From contig NW_026943820.1 of assembly GCF_035594765.1 (NCBI RefSeq), positions 17,616,647 through 17,680,646 on the forward strand: 64,000 bases of DNA, given 5' to 3'. Shown here one piece after another: positions 50,385 to 63,832 of the stretch (position 1 is the stretch's first letter; each line of letters starts with the position of its first letter). The notes beneath the pieces were generated by a model, which was given only the letters and a program-made list of their open reading frames with translations, was not told the origin of the DNA and did not search any database. This DNA comes from Anolis carolinensis (lineage: Eukaryota). The translations under genes were made by a program, and so were the position numbers.

Positions 50385-50594
50385 GTATGTAGTTTTATAA
50401 CTATTTGGATGGATGGGTCGATTATATATTTATTTATCTAACTGGAATGCTTTTTCTTCCTGATTCCAAAGAATTGGTTAGAATAGCTTTTTTTTCCCAA
50501 GTAGTTCCCAGAAATCATTGTCTTGGGAAGGTATTCAGTTTGTTTTTCTTATCCCTCCCAAACATAACTTATGTAATCTTTATCCCTAGAGGTT

Positions 50595-51080
50595 TTTAAA
50601 AATATTTTTATTAAGTTTCAACACAAAAAATACATAACCAAAAAAGGACAAAGAAAAAAGATACACTTAACACCAGACAAACATAACATAATACAATTAA
50701 ACATTTAAAATAAAGACACAACTTCAGTGTCTTGTCTAGACTTCCTTCTCTTTGAGATTCTTTCTTAATCTTCTTAGGTTCCATTTGGTGAAAAGAAAAC
50801 TTAAATGCTTAATATTTATGGGGTTTTTTTGTTCACAGAGACTGTTATTTCTTCCTTGTTTTCTATAACATTGGGTCCTTGGAAAGTTTTAGGGTCTTTC
50901 TTTTTATATAATTACTCACTATTCCCATAAGATCCCCTTTCATATTATATTTATTGGTAAAAATACCCTACCCTTCCTGGTGTAAGATATATTCCTTAAA
51001 ATGTTTCTTAACTTTCTATCACTTTTTCTGTACTTTATTTAGAGAACTCCCCTTCATTATCCTAGATGATGACCTCCCTT
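50595..51080 (-). mobile_element. Degenerate L1-like 3' end
   Basis: A-rich coding-like minus strand ending in a UTR with AATAAA. Confidence 0.5.
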
Positions 51081-51092
51081 CAGTCTTTAAAG

Positions 51093-51227
51093 CAATGGTT
51101 CTCAACTTGTGGGTCCCCAGGTGTTCTGACCTATAACTCCCAGAAATCCCAGCCAGTTTATGAGCTGTTTTGATTACTGGGAATTGAAGGCCAAAACATC
51201 TGGGGACCCACAGGTTGAGAACCACTG
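51093..51227. mobile_element. hAT MITE with perfect 8-bp TSD; related elements at 53217-53324 and half copy at 11902-11964
   Basis: TSD CTTTAAAG on both sides, TIR CAATGGTTCTCAAC/GTTGAGAACCACTG. The 53217 copy has TSD CCCTATAG/CCCTATAA. Confidence 0.85.
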
Positions 51228-52827
51228 CTTTAAAGCCTAGTCGACCCAGTAGTCGATGATTCCTTTGCCCAAGATTAGAAATGTAGGGCTCATCTACACA
51301 AGCCACAAAATCAGTCCAGCTCTGTAAACTACTACTTCTTAAACAGAGGATCCCAACACCAAAGGAGGTCCCCTTAACCTCAATGCTGAGGTCACAGAAA
51401 ATTTAGCAACAGTAAATTGTTTCTGAACACCACCTAGTGACTGTTTTAGGCATTCACATGAATCTGTTGTATAACATTTACAGTAGACTCTGCAGGAAAT
51501 GTGTCAGCACTACTTCATTAAAAGGGAAATTAGCATGCCTTGCAAATGCTGAATAGTTATCAGTTTGGTTTTTATATCTATTTTATATATTTTATATCTA
51601 TTTTATATACCTATGACCAAATAAACACATCTCCTGGACCAAAAGGGGTCCCGTGTGGAAAGATTTAAGAAGCCCTGGTCTAAACCACTTTGTCATTCCC
51701 TGACTTCAGCTAACAGGGTAAAGCCAGACGAACCAGTTTTATCCCATGTTACAAGCCGGAGGTCCTTGGACATCATGTGGAAGTCTAGGAATGACATTTG
51801 GTCTAATTCAGGGTTTCTAGCCAATGTATATATACAAGCCCATGGTTTCCCTGGAAAAAGAGGTGCGAAATTTGAGAACTTCACTAGTTTCAGAGTTAGC
51901 AAGTTAAGAATACTCTAGAGCCAGGCTTCTTATACTGTGGGTCCCGATTCCAATTGGGGTTCCATTGCCACCCATTTACACAAATCTGTAAGCAACAATA
52001 GAGACTGGCCGACCATCTGTCGAGGTGCTTTGATTGTGCTGTTCCTGCGTGCCAGGAGGTTGAACTAGATGGCCCATGTGGTCTCTTCCAACTCTGTGAT
52101 TCTGTGAGTGGACTGCAGAAAATGCTTCTGCCATACTCCACAAAAGGGGAAATTGGCCTGTTTAGCAAGCCTTGGAAATGCTGGTGTATTTTCAGCATTT
52201 ATTTTTATACCTATTTTATATATCGACATATCTGGGGGTTATATAAACATTTCTCTAATGAGAAGGGGTTGGGATTGGTAAAAGTTGAAGAAGGCCTCCT
52301 ATAGAGCACTAGACATAGGCTCCATTCACACTACACACTTTAACAGCCATGAAGGAATTCTGGAATTGGCAGTTTAGGGAGGAAGGGCCTTTAGAGTGTA
52401 CTCCAGTCCCTCATAAAATCACAAAGCCCAGGATTCCCTGGGGTGAAACAAGGGCAGTTAAGGTGGAATGAAAGCACTGTAGTTGTGTAGTGTGAATGGG
52501 CAATGGACTCCTAGAGTGAGACAGGGGGCTTTTCTGTTTTACAAGTAAACCACTTTTAGGCCAGTATTTTATCTAAAACAAGAGAAGTAGTAAACCTTGT
52601 AGTAGCTGCAGGGATGTATTTGGCTGAGCATTTATTATTCAGCATTTGCTCCACTTTCCCAAACAAATAACATTTATTTTTATACTTTTCGCATTCTTAT
52701 ACCACCATTTGTCGATGCAGTTTAAAAACAGAACCTAAGAGTCACTATGGACTGCATACAAATGTCTTGCTTTAAAATAATTGTATATCTTGTGTAATAT
52801 AATATTTCATTGTTTTTGTATTTCCAG

Positions 52828-52950
52828 TGGTTCTGCAAATGTCAGATACGCAGAAAGGCAGCAAAAATGGCCAACGCAACTGAAACCTGGTGTTGCTTAC
52901 AACTTGGGACATACCATCCTGTTTGGATTGCTGGCTTTGAGCACAATGCG
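52828..52950 (+). CDS. DPY19L3: DPY19L3 exon 13 (...LKPGVAYNLGHTILFGLLALSTM)
   Basis: 123 nt, phase 2/2. Confidence 0.93.
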
Positions 52951-53385
52951 GTACTCTTTATTTGGCTTTTCTCATGTGCTGGATGCCTAGCATTCGGTGT
53001 AAAATATAGATAACACACTGTCTTTCCTGGTTACCTTCCATTTTTATATATATAACATGTGCATCCTTGTTGCAATGTGTTACATCTTGACACCAGTGCA
53101 ACCCTCAAACTTAGGCAAACGCATTTCATATCTTACTCTTCCTGGCAAAATAATTTTAGGAAACATATCTGTGCATAATTCCTTTTAAATAGTGAATATT
53201 GTATGTCTCCCTATAGCAGGCATGGGCAAACTTCAGCCCTCCAGGTCTTTTGGCCTACTGGCTGTTAGGAATTGTGGGAATTGAAGTCCAAAACACCTGG
53301 AGGGCAGATGTTTTCCCATCCCTGCCCTATAAATACTGTGAGTTCCATGGAGCCCAAACAATACATTTCCTCTTTCATCTCACAG

Positions 53386-53497
53386 AATGAAATACCTTTG
53401 GACATCACATATATGTGTGTTTGCAGCTTCTGGTTTGTGCAGCAGTGACATGTGGGGCCTAGTCTTGAGATTCCTCCATCTGTACACACCACAAAGG
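53386..53497 (+). CDS. DPY19L3: DPY19L3 exon 14 (MKYLWTSHICVFAASGLCS...)
   Basis: 112 nt, conserved RMKYLW. Confidence 0.95.
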
Positions 53498-54006
53498 GTG
53501 AGAGGTGCTATATTTTGTTTGATTTTGTTGATAAAGGAAATTCAGATTTTTACCCACCTATAAGAGGGAGAATAGGTTTGTAAGGCACTCAGTGTATTGA
53601 TGTGCAGGCAGATCCCCAAGTTACGAACAAGAAAGGTCCTGTCGGTTTGCTCTTAAGCTGAATGTGTATGTATGTAAGGTATATAAAAATTAATTTGGAG
53701 TTTAGGGTGCATTTTGGAAGTGTTAAACAATGCTGTTTAAGTCCACTAGATGGCGATGTTGGAGAAGCAGTGGAACTCACAAACACAATAATGCTTTTCG
53801 AAAAAGAAAATAGAAACAAAAGCATATATCACAGTACAGTAAAATAATTTTTCAGTATAAAGAAGTAAAATTGCTGCATGATGTTTTGTTAATGTTCTTA
53901 ATAGATTGCTATTAAGTTGAAATGCTTAATTTAAAAACAAATTATTCTGAGCTCAAAATGTGGTTGTAAGGCATATCCTTATAGTTTGCTTTTTTGTTTT
54001 GCCTAG

Positions 54007-54063
54007 GTGTCTGTGATTAGATATTTAACACCAATACTCATATTACTCTATCTTTGTTACAAG
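54007..54063 (+). CDS. DPY19L3: DPY19L3 exon 15 (VSVIRYLTPILILLYLCYK)
   Basis: 57 nt, ag/gt boundaries, matches recalled human PILILLYLCYK. Confidence 0.93.
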
Positions 54064-54619
54064 GTAGGATTCTTGTTTTTAACGTTTTGCTGGCTTCCTT
54101 GTTTGATTGCTTGCTTAAAACAAGCTTCTTTCTGCAAAAATGATCTATTTTATTAGAAAGCAAACTTCTCAGACAATATTAAGTCTTAATACAGCCTTTG
54201 TCCATGTGGTTTGTATGGTGATATCTTGGGTCAAATCCTTTTGGTGCCTTACACAGGTGTAAATTCGATTACTAAAGCAGTTGGATATATTTATGTCCAA
54301 AGCAGATGATTATGTTTGGTGTTAATGGATGTTTTATTTCACAACCCTTTTATAAATAGAAATGGTTAAGAGATAAGTCTTATTTGTAGCTCTTGCTCAG
54401 GTACAAATGATCGCAGTTTCCAGCATCTGTCTGTGCATAGACATCTAAAGCATTGCCCCAGCCCAAAGATAATGCCATGCAGAAGTTGGCTTTCTTTCTA
54501 TACAGAGGCAGAAGTGAGAAGGTCTCTTAGAGCCCGAACATTTCTGTTTACTCCTTCTGAATCCTTTCGAAGGATTGTGATTCCAGTTTTGACCGAAATA
54601 GTTGAACTAGCCTCAATTC

Positions 54620-55180
54620 GCATATGCATTATATGGTCTGTGTGAGCTGCATCATATGAGCCTACACTGACCATGCAATGCAGTTTCATATGGAAGTGTA
54701 GATGGGGCCTTAGATGCCAAGTTGACACAAGATGTATGAGTTCTTACAAGTAACCCTTTTTTTAAAATATGAAGTAAGATGTGGAATGCTTTTCATGTTA
54801 TGTTAAGGAATTGATGAGGTATGTGTCTAGATGATGAAACACTCACGTTCCTCCTTAAGAACAGTGTTTATTTGTGTATTTATGATTTTATCCATTTTAA
54901 TAAATAGCCTAAAAGAACAATAGTGATCCTTCTCACACTCCCATAGTAATATCCTGGGATTCCAATTCTTAAGAGTGCAAATTGGAAAATATGCTGAATC
55001 TGTGTATTTGCTTTATACTGTTTTTCACAATTTGAGATCCCTGGTAACCAGAAGAATGCAAGAACAACTTCTAAACAGACACAGATTAACTGACAAACAT
55101 TAAATAACCCTCAGTCTCTCTGTCTTAAAAAGACCGTACCTGTTTTTTTTCTGTCCATCTATCTGTCTATGGCCTCAATT
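54620..55180 (+). repeat. Copy 1 of a ~550 bp direct duplication
   Basis: Colinear homology with 62210-62745. Confidence 0.85.
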
Positions 55181-55945
55181 TGCATTCAGGGATTCATTTG
55201 GTCAGTCTCCTTATGTAGTTCCATTTTATCAAGTCAGAGAGGCCCCCAACCTGTGGCTTGTGGGGAGGAGATTATAACCTAATCTCAAATAAGCTAATGA
55301 AAGCCTCTTTGAAGCCATGTGGCTGCTGTAAGTCCAGAGAGATTGCTTGGAAGATTTAGTTGTTCGCATTCAGCAATGGCCGCTTTGCTGGCTGGATTCA
55401 CGTATCCCCGCAGCCTGTCACACAATCTATACAATGACCCTGGAGCTGTATTTAACTAGCATTTTTGATCCCAAAAGATCCCAAGTGCTGTTGTTCATAC
55501 AGACACACATCCTTACTTTTGCAACAGTACTAGTAGGACCTTTATTTACAGTGGTGGCATATTTGTTTTCTCAACTATTTGAAACTATAGACTCATATAA
55601 TGCATTTAAGTGAAGTTGAACTACTTTATTTGAGTCTGGACTGACAATTTAATGCAGTTTCAAATGTCATTCTATGGCAGTATAGATAGGACCCCAGCCA
55701 TGCAGGAATCTATTATTAAATCACCTTTATTCAAAGACTGTTGGACTATACTTATCACCAGGCAATTCTTCCTAACAAATTGACATCTCTCCTCTCTTAT
55801 AATTTGAATCTGTTGATTCAGGTCCTGACCTCTGGAACAGCAGGGAAAAATCTGTTCTATCTTCCACATGACAGCCCTTTGAAAGATATTTAAAAATAGC
55901 TACCAAATCACCTCTCAGTCTTCTTTTTGCCAGGCTGAATCAGAA

Positions 55946-56055
55946 GGCATATATCTGTGAACACACCCATGTCATCTAATTTTCAGTGCTAACAGAGTGT
56001 AGGCCTGGTTAATCCTTGGATGGAAAACTACCACGAAATACCAGGGACCTAGAGC
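55946..56055 (+). pseudogene. Degenerate 5S rRNA-derived sequence (5S pseudogene or SINE3 head)
   Basis: GGCCTGGTTAATCCTTGGATGGAAAACTACC...AATACCAGG resembles the 5S internal control region. Confidence 0.7.
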
Positions 56056-56479
56056 CAGAAAAGTCCACCTGCTTGAGAGTTTTAATAATAATAATAGTAA
56101 TAGTAATACTTACCCGGCTCAAGGCAGGTCACAGCACAGTCAAAACACAAACATTACAAAAATTCCATAGTATTAAAATGTAGTTCTATAAAATATGTTT
56201 CTATAAAATACATATTAAATACACAGGTCAGAGATTAAAACACATGACATGAGTTTAAAATTCATGCTTAAAACTGAAGAGTTGGGATCAAGGGTGCATT
56301 GCTTAGCCAAGGGTCAAATCCAGACAGTAATTGCTGTGTTGAGCAAAAAGACAAGTTGCTTTATGAACTATGGGGAAAACAACAAATACATTTCTCATCA
56401 GTGTTTGAAAAGAGAACTTTATTCTACTCTATGATTTCGTTTATTCCATATGTTTTTCCATGTCCCATTTTCCTTCCAG

Positions 56480-56562
56480 TTCTGGCCTGGAGTGATGGCT
56501 GAGCTGTCAGAGCTGAGGGAGTTCTATGACCCAGACACAGTGGAGCTGATGAACTGGATTAA
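56480..56562 (+). CDS. DPY19L3: DPY19L3 exon 16 ([27 protein letters not shown]); remaining exons lie beyond the window
   Basis: 83 nt, conserved [16 protein letters not shown]|gtaaga donor. Confidence 0.96.
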
Positions 56563-56950
56563 GTAAGAGGATTGTGACTTTATTTAAATGAGATGCCCTC
56601 TATTAAGAGCAAGCCGATGTACTTAGTGACGAGGGAGCCCTGTGGTTCTGTCAGTGACCTATATCGACCAGGTCTAGAAAGTAGGCTGTGCCACCCATGG
56701 AAGTCTTGGGATGTGGTTAGCAATACTGCCAACAAAACATATCCTCCCTGCTACACACTGCAGTAACCACTTATAGCTGTGGGCAAAAGGGGTGAGAGCC
56801 AGCTCCATCAATCCAAGGATTGGAATCCTTCCAGCTGAACTAGTCCTGAGTCCAAACTTTTCTGCCCATGCATCTGTCAGCCCCAAAAACACTGGCAGGA
56901 ATGAGTCCAGCTTTCCCTCAGGCCCCAGCTGAAGAACAACCAATTGCACA

Positions 56951-57590
56951 ATGTGTTATCAAAGACTTTCATGGCCGGAATCACTGGGGTGTTGTAGTGT
57001 GGTTTCTGCGCTGTATGGCCAATGTATTCTAGCAGCATTTTCTCCTGCCATTTCACCTGCACCTGTGGCTGGCGTCTTCAGATGATCTGATGGTGGTCAA
57101 GCAAGTGGAGTATATCTATATCTGTGGAATAATGTCCAAGGTGGGAGGAAAGAACCATTATCTGTTATACAAGTGTAAAGGGTGCAATTAGTAAGCTAGT
57201 TTATTTTTTTAAAAAAAATATGTGTTGAGAGGGATCTGTCCATTAGCATGTGAGTAGGGCATCTTCATATAAGTAGCCTGGCCTTTGTTTCCTTTGAATT
57301 GTTTGCTGCCTGGAGACATCCTTTGCCTGGGTGGCATTCATTAGTCACTGTCTTGATTCTAGTGTTTTTCAATACTGGTAGCCAATTTGTGTTCATTTTC
57401 ATGGTTTCTTCCTTTCTGTTGAAATTGTCCATGTGCTTGTGGATTTCAATAGCTTCTCTGTGTAATCTGACAAAGTGGTTGTCAAGAGTGGTCCAGAATT
57501 TCTGTCTTCTCAAATAATATTCTGGGCCCAGCTTGGTTTATCATGTCAGCTATGGCTGATTTTTCTGGGTGAATTAGACTGCAATTGCAC
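56951..57590 (-). mobile_element. Penelope-like element 3' part
   Basis: RLHREAIEIHKHMDNFNRKEETMKMNTNWLPVL followed by the terminal repeat. Hammerhead decayed (GAAATGGC). Confidence 0.87.
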
Positions 57591-57682
57591 AATATTTTTG
57601 ACTTTGTTAGCATTTTAATTTTAGATGGTTTAATTTTTTCTCTCATCTATGGTCTGCCTTTGGATCTTTTCATATAGAACAG

Positions 57683-57687
<5 letters not shown>

Positions 57688-57744
<57 letters not shown>
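57688..57744. repeat. (GA)n microsatellite
   Basis: Seen directly. Confidence 0.97.
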
Positions 57745-57747
<3 letters not shown>

Positions 57748-60700
57748 GAATACATTCATATTTTTTAAAAAAATATGGCACACAAAAAGTCCCACAGAGA
57801 ATTTTCACAGTATTATTATGATGTTTATTTATACCCTGCTTTTTCTCTCCACAACAGAGATTCAAAGCGGTTTACATTAAAAGCATTTCATACAATTTGA
57901 AATCCAAAAATATACAGATGTTGAAATAGAATTAAGCATCAATGGTATTAATTAAAATACTTTAAAATGGTTCAAGACATGTTCACAGCTAACTTATGAG
58001 ATTCCCCCTTGTCTTCTCAGATAAGATTAAGCAGAAGCTTTCAGGGGTATCTTTGCCTGTTGTACCTCCACGTTGCCTTTTCTACAACAGTATTAATGGA
58101 CAGTATAATTATTCATGACTAAATCAGTACTATAAATTATCGACAGCATTTTGAAAGACAGCCAAAGCCATCTCTACCATATTGACATGTTTTCATGACT
58201 AATGTTCAGCAACCAGGGGTTTTTAGTACCACTTCTGTATTAAGAGATGTTAAATGTTTGATAGTCCTGGTCTCTGGAGTGCAATATGCAGTGTTTTATA
58301 TATAGATTTATACATAAAATATACATGTAAGCTTTGGTTTCAGACATAAACTGGATTTGACTGGTTGCAATGAGAGCAGTTTTTCACGCCATTCCTGAGC
58401 AGAGAATACTAAACTGCTATTTATCCTCTTCTCCTTTTAAATCATGGTAGACACTTTTTGTTATTGTTTGCTACTTGGAATTTATTGCGTTGAAGCGTGA
58501 ACGTTATACACATAAGAAGAAGTTAATTACTTTTGTATTAACTGCACCAAAAACAAATTTACGGTTCTCACCTGAAACTAAAATATGGATCCTTTCTTGC
58601 CTTGTAAGCTTCTGGTGTCAAAATAGATTTAGATATTATTCATTCAGCCCTTTAAAACTTTAGCCAAACTTCATTCAAGGGTTTCTGCATAGGATAAGGG
58701 TTTTTTGTTTTGAGTTGCAGTTTCTGCCTCAGGAAGGTTTTTGTGTTTTCTTTCAGTCTAAATAAAATGTGAAAGCTACAGTCATTTGTGGGTTGAGAGG
58801 TTAAAAAGATATTATTCTAAAAGGTAAAAACAGTATAGTATGACAAGTGTAGATTATGGTTTCTTACATTTCCTGTACAATAGTGGATCCAAGTTCCTGG
58901 GTTCAATCTGATGTAAAGTACGGGCTGTGAGGACTTAGCTATCAGCCAGTCCCCAAGGATATAGTAATGACAGATAAAGAAAGCTCTGCTGCCTCTTCCT
59001 TGACTATTATCCAACAACCGTTCCATCAGAATGCAGCAGAGAAGAGAAACAGGGCCAACATTCAAGGTGTGCAAAATTCCGGACATTGTTTCGGTTTTCG
59101 GAAAATTTTGGCGATTATGAGATATGAACTGCCGAAATATGAAGCAGAAATAACCCTTCGAGCAGGCTGGCTGACTTGTTTGACAAAGGCAGCTGCACAC
59201 TCTTTTTTCCTTGTCAGCCGGTCAGAAGAAGAAAGCCAATCACACTAAAAAAAACTTAATATAGAGCTATTTCATGCAAGTATTTTGATAATGATGGTTA
59301 TTGGGAATTAAAGTATTGGTTGTCTGCAACATAGAAAGAAAGGAAGTGCCAAAAAAATTAAAGACTGTCCCCCAAATAGAAACGTCCAATTAAACTTGGG
59401 AAACAGAAGTTATACATGACCGAATTAAACATTGTGGCATGTTTAATTCAGGATGATACACAGGAGGATAAAATAAGAGAAATTAAAGATAAATAGATTT
59501 ATTTTTTCGTGTCAGGAGCAACTTGAGAAACTGCAAGTTGCTTCTGGAGTGAGAGAATTGGCCGTCTGCAAGGACGTTGCCCAGGGGACGCCCGGATGTT
59601 TTTGATGTTTTTACCATCCTTGTGGGAGGCTTCTCTCGTGTCCCTGCATGGAGCTGATGGTTTATATGGAATGGATAAAAATGGCGATACCAATGTAAAT
59701 ATTGTTTAGAAACTAAGAAAATTGTGCTCAGGGTTAAAGATATAGAGGAAATATGTGATCTGGGTATGGGGTAGTGTGGTTGGGAGGATTTTAACAATTA
59801 CAAATTAATAAAAAATATTATTGGAAAAAAGAAGTTTATTATAGTGTCAGAGATGCCTGATATGGTTTTATCTAAATGTCTTCTTGAGAGTTGAGTGAAC
59901 TGTCTTATTCTACCCAGTTGTTTAAGGATATAATGTATAAGATTGCATAGGATGTTTTCCGACAAAGAAACGATTCACTTGACCATGCTATTGCCTAGGA
60001 CAAATTCAGTGCGGTATCTCTTTATTTTGTTCTGTTTCAATCAACTTCATGATTTCCATTTATGGGATAATCTGCATGCTGATATGTGCTCACCCACAGA
60101 CCCAACAAGTGGTGACTGTAGAGTTGCAATAACACTATGGAACAAAATTTGGAAAAAAATTGTTCCTGGTTTGCTAGTGTTATTTCTTACTCAATTGTGT
60201 GATCCATGCTTTGAAAGTAGTTGTTATCCTCCAGAAACTTGGTTTTGGTGGCTTCCACAAACTAGGTTGAATGGGTTGAGACTCTAGGAGATATCATTGA
60301 AAAACTAGAGCAAAATGTGCTATAGCAGGATGTCCCTCCCGCAAAGATAAAGGTTTTGCAGTTTAATAAACTTTTTTCATTGTTTTTATGATATAATCAA
60401 TTAGATTATATCCTATTCTCTGACTTATAATTCTGCTCATGGCAGATTTTCCCCAGTATTTTAACCTCCACCATTCCTCCCTTGCAAAGAAATCACACAT
60501 AAAGCCATGTCATTTTCATTTTTGTTGTGAATGAGTTATTTTATAGTAATCCTATCATTCTTTATGAGTCTGGGTAAAGCAGAGGTTCCTGTTTTGTACT
60601 GTAGTGCTCAGTTTACTCCATTAGTTTAGCAGTAATTAACTTGTTGAAGCTTATAGCTTCGAAAAATAAATGAGATTATTTGTTCCAAATGCCATCAGGT

Positions 60701-62209
60701 CCGCTTGGAATGACATTTAAATTACATCATGTAAATCAGTTTGACCTGTAAGTCCTTGTCATTATTTAGTGATATTTCTTGCAGAATAAATTGTTTGCGG
60801 GTTGGGCAGCTTGGCTATGGAGCTTGGCAAAAACCTATAAAAACAAATTATCCTTTCATTTTATACATCATTTGTTCAGACATTTGTAAAAATTGCTTTA
60901 TTTTTTTTCCATAATGGAAAAGTGTCATTTGGTTGTTTGGAGCACATTAGCTCTGTAAAATTCAGAGTTTTTTAGCATCTGCATCAAGCCAAAGTATTTG
61001 CAAGGAAAGGTTCAGCATACCCGGTGCATTGTGCCAGGAATATGCTGGGTAATAATTGTTCCCCTGTAATAGGATATTGTCAGGGATAATTACTGTCCCA
61101 CATCTACTACATACTCACTTCCAACTCAGTATGATAGAAAAGTAGGAGAAGAAGCACAGCTGATTCACACTTTCGATGTCTCTCCTTTCTAAGACCTATT
61201 AGAGCAAGAAGAATTTGGCTAGAATTTAGACGGGAGCTTTCAGATCATAACAATGGAGAACACAATCAAGAGTTATTTGAGTTTTCTCTTCCAAAAAGTT
61301 TTAATGGCTGGCTCAAAAAACATTGCAACCGTAATGTTAAGTCCCAGATCTCTATCCTCAGAGGTCTTGCTATCTGGTGTCATCGCTTTTAGTTATGAAA
61401 ACAACAACAACGTTGTATTGTTACTGTTTTCATGTGGCTTATTTTGCATGTGGTATATCTTGCTGTTAGTTTTTGTTGCTATTTTTCTTTACAACATCAG
61501 TAGCATTGTAACTTTGTACTTCACGTTATTACATTTTATGATCAGTGACATTTGTCCTGAGTAGCTGCTAGATATTCATGATGCCTATGTAGAAAGGGTT
61601 GTAAGGATTCCATTGATTAAATTCTGATAAAGGAGAGGAAAAGAGGGCCTTTATTGTCAAATAGGATGTAACTCTCTATTAATTATGTAGATAGAGATTC
61701 TCCAGTGGTTGCAATCTCTATGGAAAAGTATTACCTTCCATGAATGCATGTGTATTTGACATACAGAGGAGACATGTGAGATGTGTGTTGCAATTCCTTG
61801 CCTGTACAGCCACTTCGAGTCCCACTTGACAAAAATCCTTGATAAATAATATAGCTGCCTCATAGTGGTGCAGACTAAGACCCCATCTACATTGCCATAA
61901 GATACAACTTATTATTTCATGTCAAAAGCAATGAATAAGTTAAAAGTGATAAAACAAAGGAATCACAAGCAGCTAAATAGTTTTAGACCAAAAGCGGGCA
62001 ACAGTGACCACATTGTCCATAGGTACATGAGGCAGGGCATTGTGAGCAAGCATACATATGTGGAGTTATTTGTTCTGCTCCACAGTCTCACACAAGGTGG
62101 AGAATTCCTCCAGGTAGTGCCATCTTACCAGGTTGTCTTTTGATCTGCCCACTCTACTTCTGAGTCTGTTCAGGGACTTACAAGTTGCCCATTTCAAGGT
62201 GGAACTTGA

Positions 62210-62745
62210 AACTGCATTATATGATCTATGCGAACTGCATTATATTAGTTTAAACTGACTATATAATGCAGTTTGAAACTGCATTATATGGCAGTGTAGA
62301 TGGGGCCTTAGATGCCAAGTTGATACAAAATTTATGAGTTCTTACAAGTAAAACTTTTAAAAAACAATATAAGGTAAGACATGGGAATACTTTGCATATA
62401 AAGAAACTGATAAGGTCTCTCCTTAAGAGAAGTGTATACCTGTGTATTTATGATTTCATCTATTTTGATAAAATAGCCTAAAAGAACAATAGTGGCTTTG
62501 CTCATACTGCCATAATGAAATCCTAGGGTTCCAATTCTTAAGAGTGCAAAGCTGGAAAATGTTGGTGCTGATCTGCATATTTGCATTATATTGTTTTTCA
62601 CAAGTGAGGATCCCTGGTAATCAGAATAAGGCAAGAAGAACTTCCAAACATAGACAGATTAACTAACAAACAGTAAATAACCCCCAGTTTGTCTGTCTTA
62701 AAAAGACTATGCCTGTTTTTTCTGTCTATGGCAACCACAATTCAT
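62210..62745 (+). repeat. Copy 2 of a ~550 bp direct duplication
   Basis: Shared blocks include GTGTAGATGGGGCCTTAGATGCCAAGTTGA, AAATAGCCTAAAAGAACAATAGTG, TTCCAATTCTTAAGAGTGCAAA and CTGTCTTAAAAAGAC. Confidence 0.85.
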
Positions 62746-63832
62746 CAGAACGTTTTCTCAAATGTTTCAAAATTTGACAGTGTTAAAGCATGTTGATAAG
62801 ATACTTAGCTGCTCTGAGTCTCCTTGTGGAGAGAAAAGAGGGGTATTAAAAACATGATAATTACAATTATTATTTTTTATGGGAGAAAAGAATGTTGATA
62901 AAATCGGAAGCCTTATCGATGCCCCCTTTGAAGCACTAGGCGCAGACAGCAATGGAAACATCTCTGGTAGTAAAGGAATAAAATATAGTGGCACTCGTTT
63001 TAGAAGTCTTTCTAACTGCAGGCACAAAATCCTACATTACAAGGGAAATTGAAAGAGCAGAAGAGAAGGTCCTTTTCCAGGTCAGTTGTGTAGTATATGA
63101 ATTGGCTTTTTACGGAGTTCTTTTCGGCTCAGATGATGACTAGTCTTCATGCAACACTGGAATTCAGCTTCTGCTTCTGGCTGTCAGAGAGATGTGATTA
63201 CACCAGCATAACATTAAGTTCTTGTTCTGTTCCATATGCTGAGATTTCATGGTATTTGTGACTTTGAATATTTTAAATATAATTATAAAATATTAAACTG
63301 GAGCAAAGAGATTTTTCAAAAGAAGCTTGCCTTAAAAGCCAAAGAGAAGTTGATGATTTTCTTTCAAAACGGGGGAAAGAAATCGTTCGCTAAAAATATT
63401 ATCTCCACTGTCCGTTTATGAGATTAGCCTGGCCTTGTAAGATGTTTTAAGAAATGCTAGTGGCATGTATGTAGCGTTTCCAAGATTATCTCCTTTAGGG
63501 CTGTGGCAAGCATTTATGGTTGTCGCTTAACATTTTTCAAATTTTGATCAGAAAGACATGAATGGGAAATTCATAGCAATCTTAAATGGTATGCAATCGT
63601 ATTAGCAGGTGCAGCTTAAGTTTAGATAGCGGTTTGTGCAGTCAGCTTTATTTTATTTTTGTAGTGGTCTCAGTCTAAGGCTGCTTATCTTTCTTGGCAT
63701 TTCCTTTACCTCATTCTCCTGTTGTTTAGTAAATCCACTAAAATAATGTAGGCTCTAGGGGCATGTTCACAAAAAACAACCCTGCGCAATTAAGTTGGAA
63801 GCATTCTGCAATTGTTTTAGAATTTCATTATT

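Noticed and set aside
58900-59480. CpG-retaining block, possibly a DNA transposon
   Set aside because: I could not define termini, a TSD or coding similarity.
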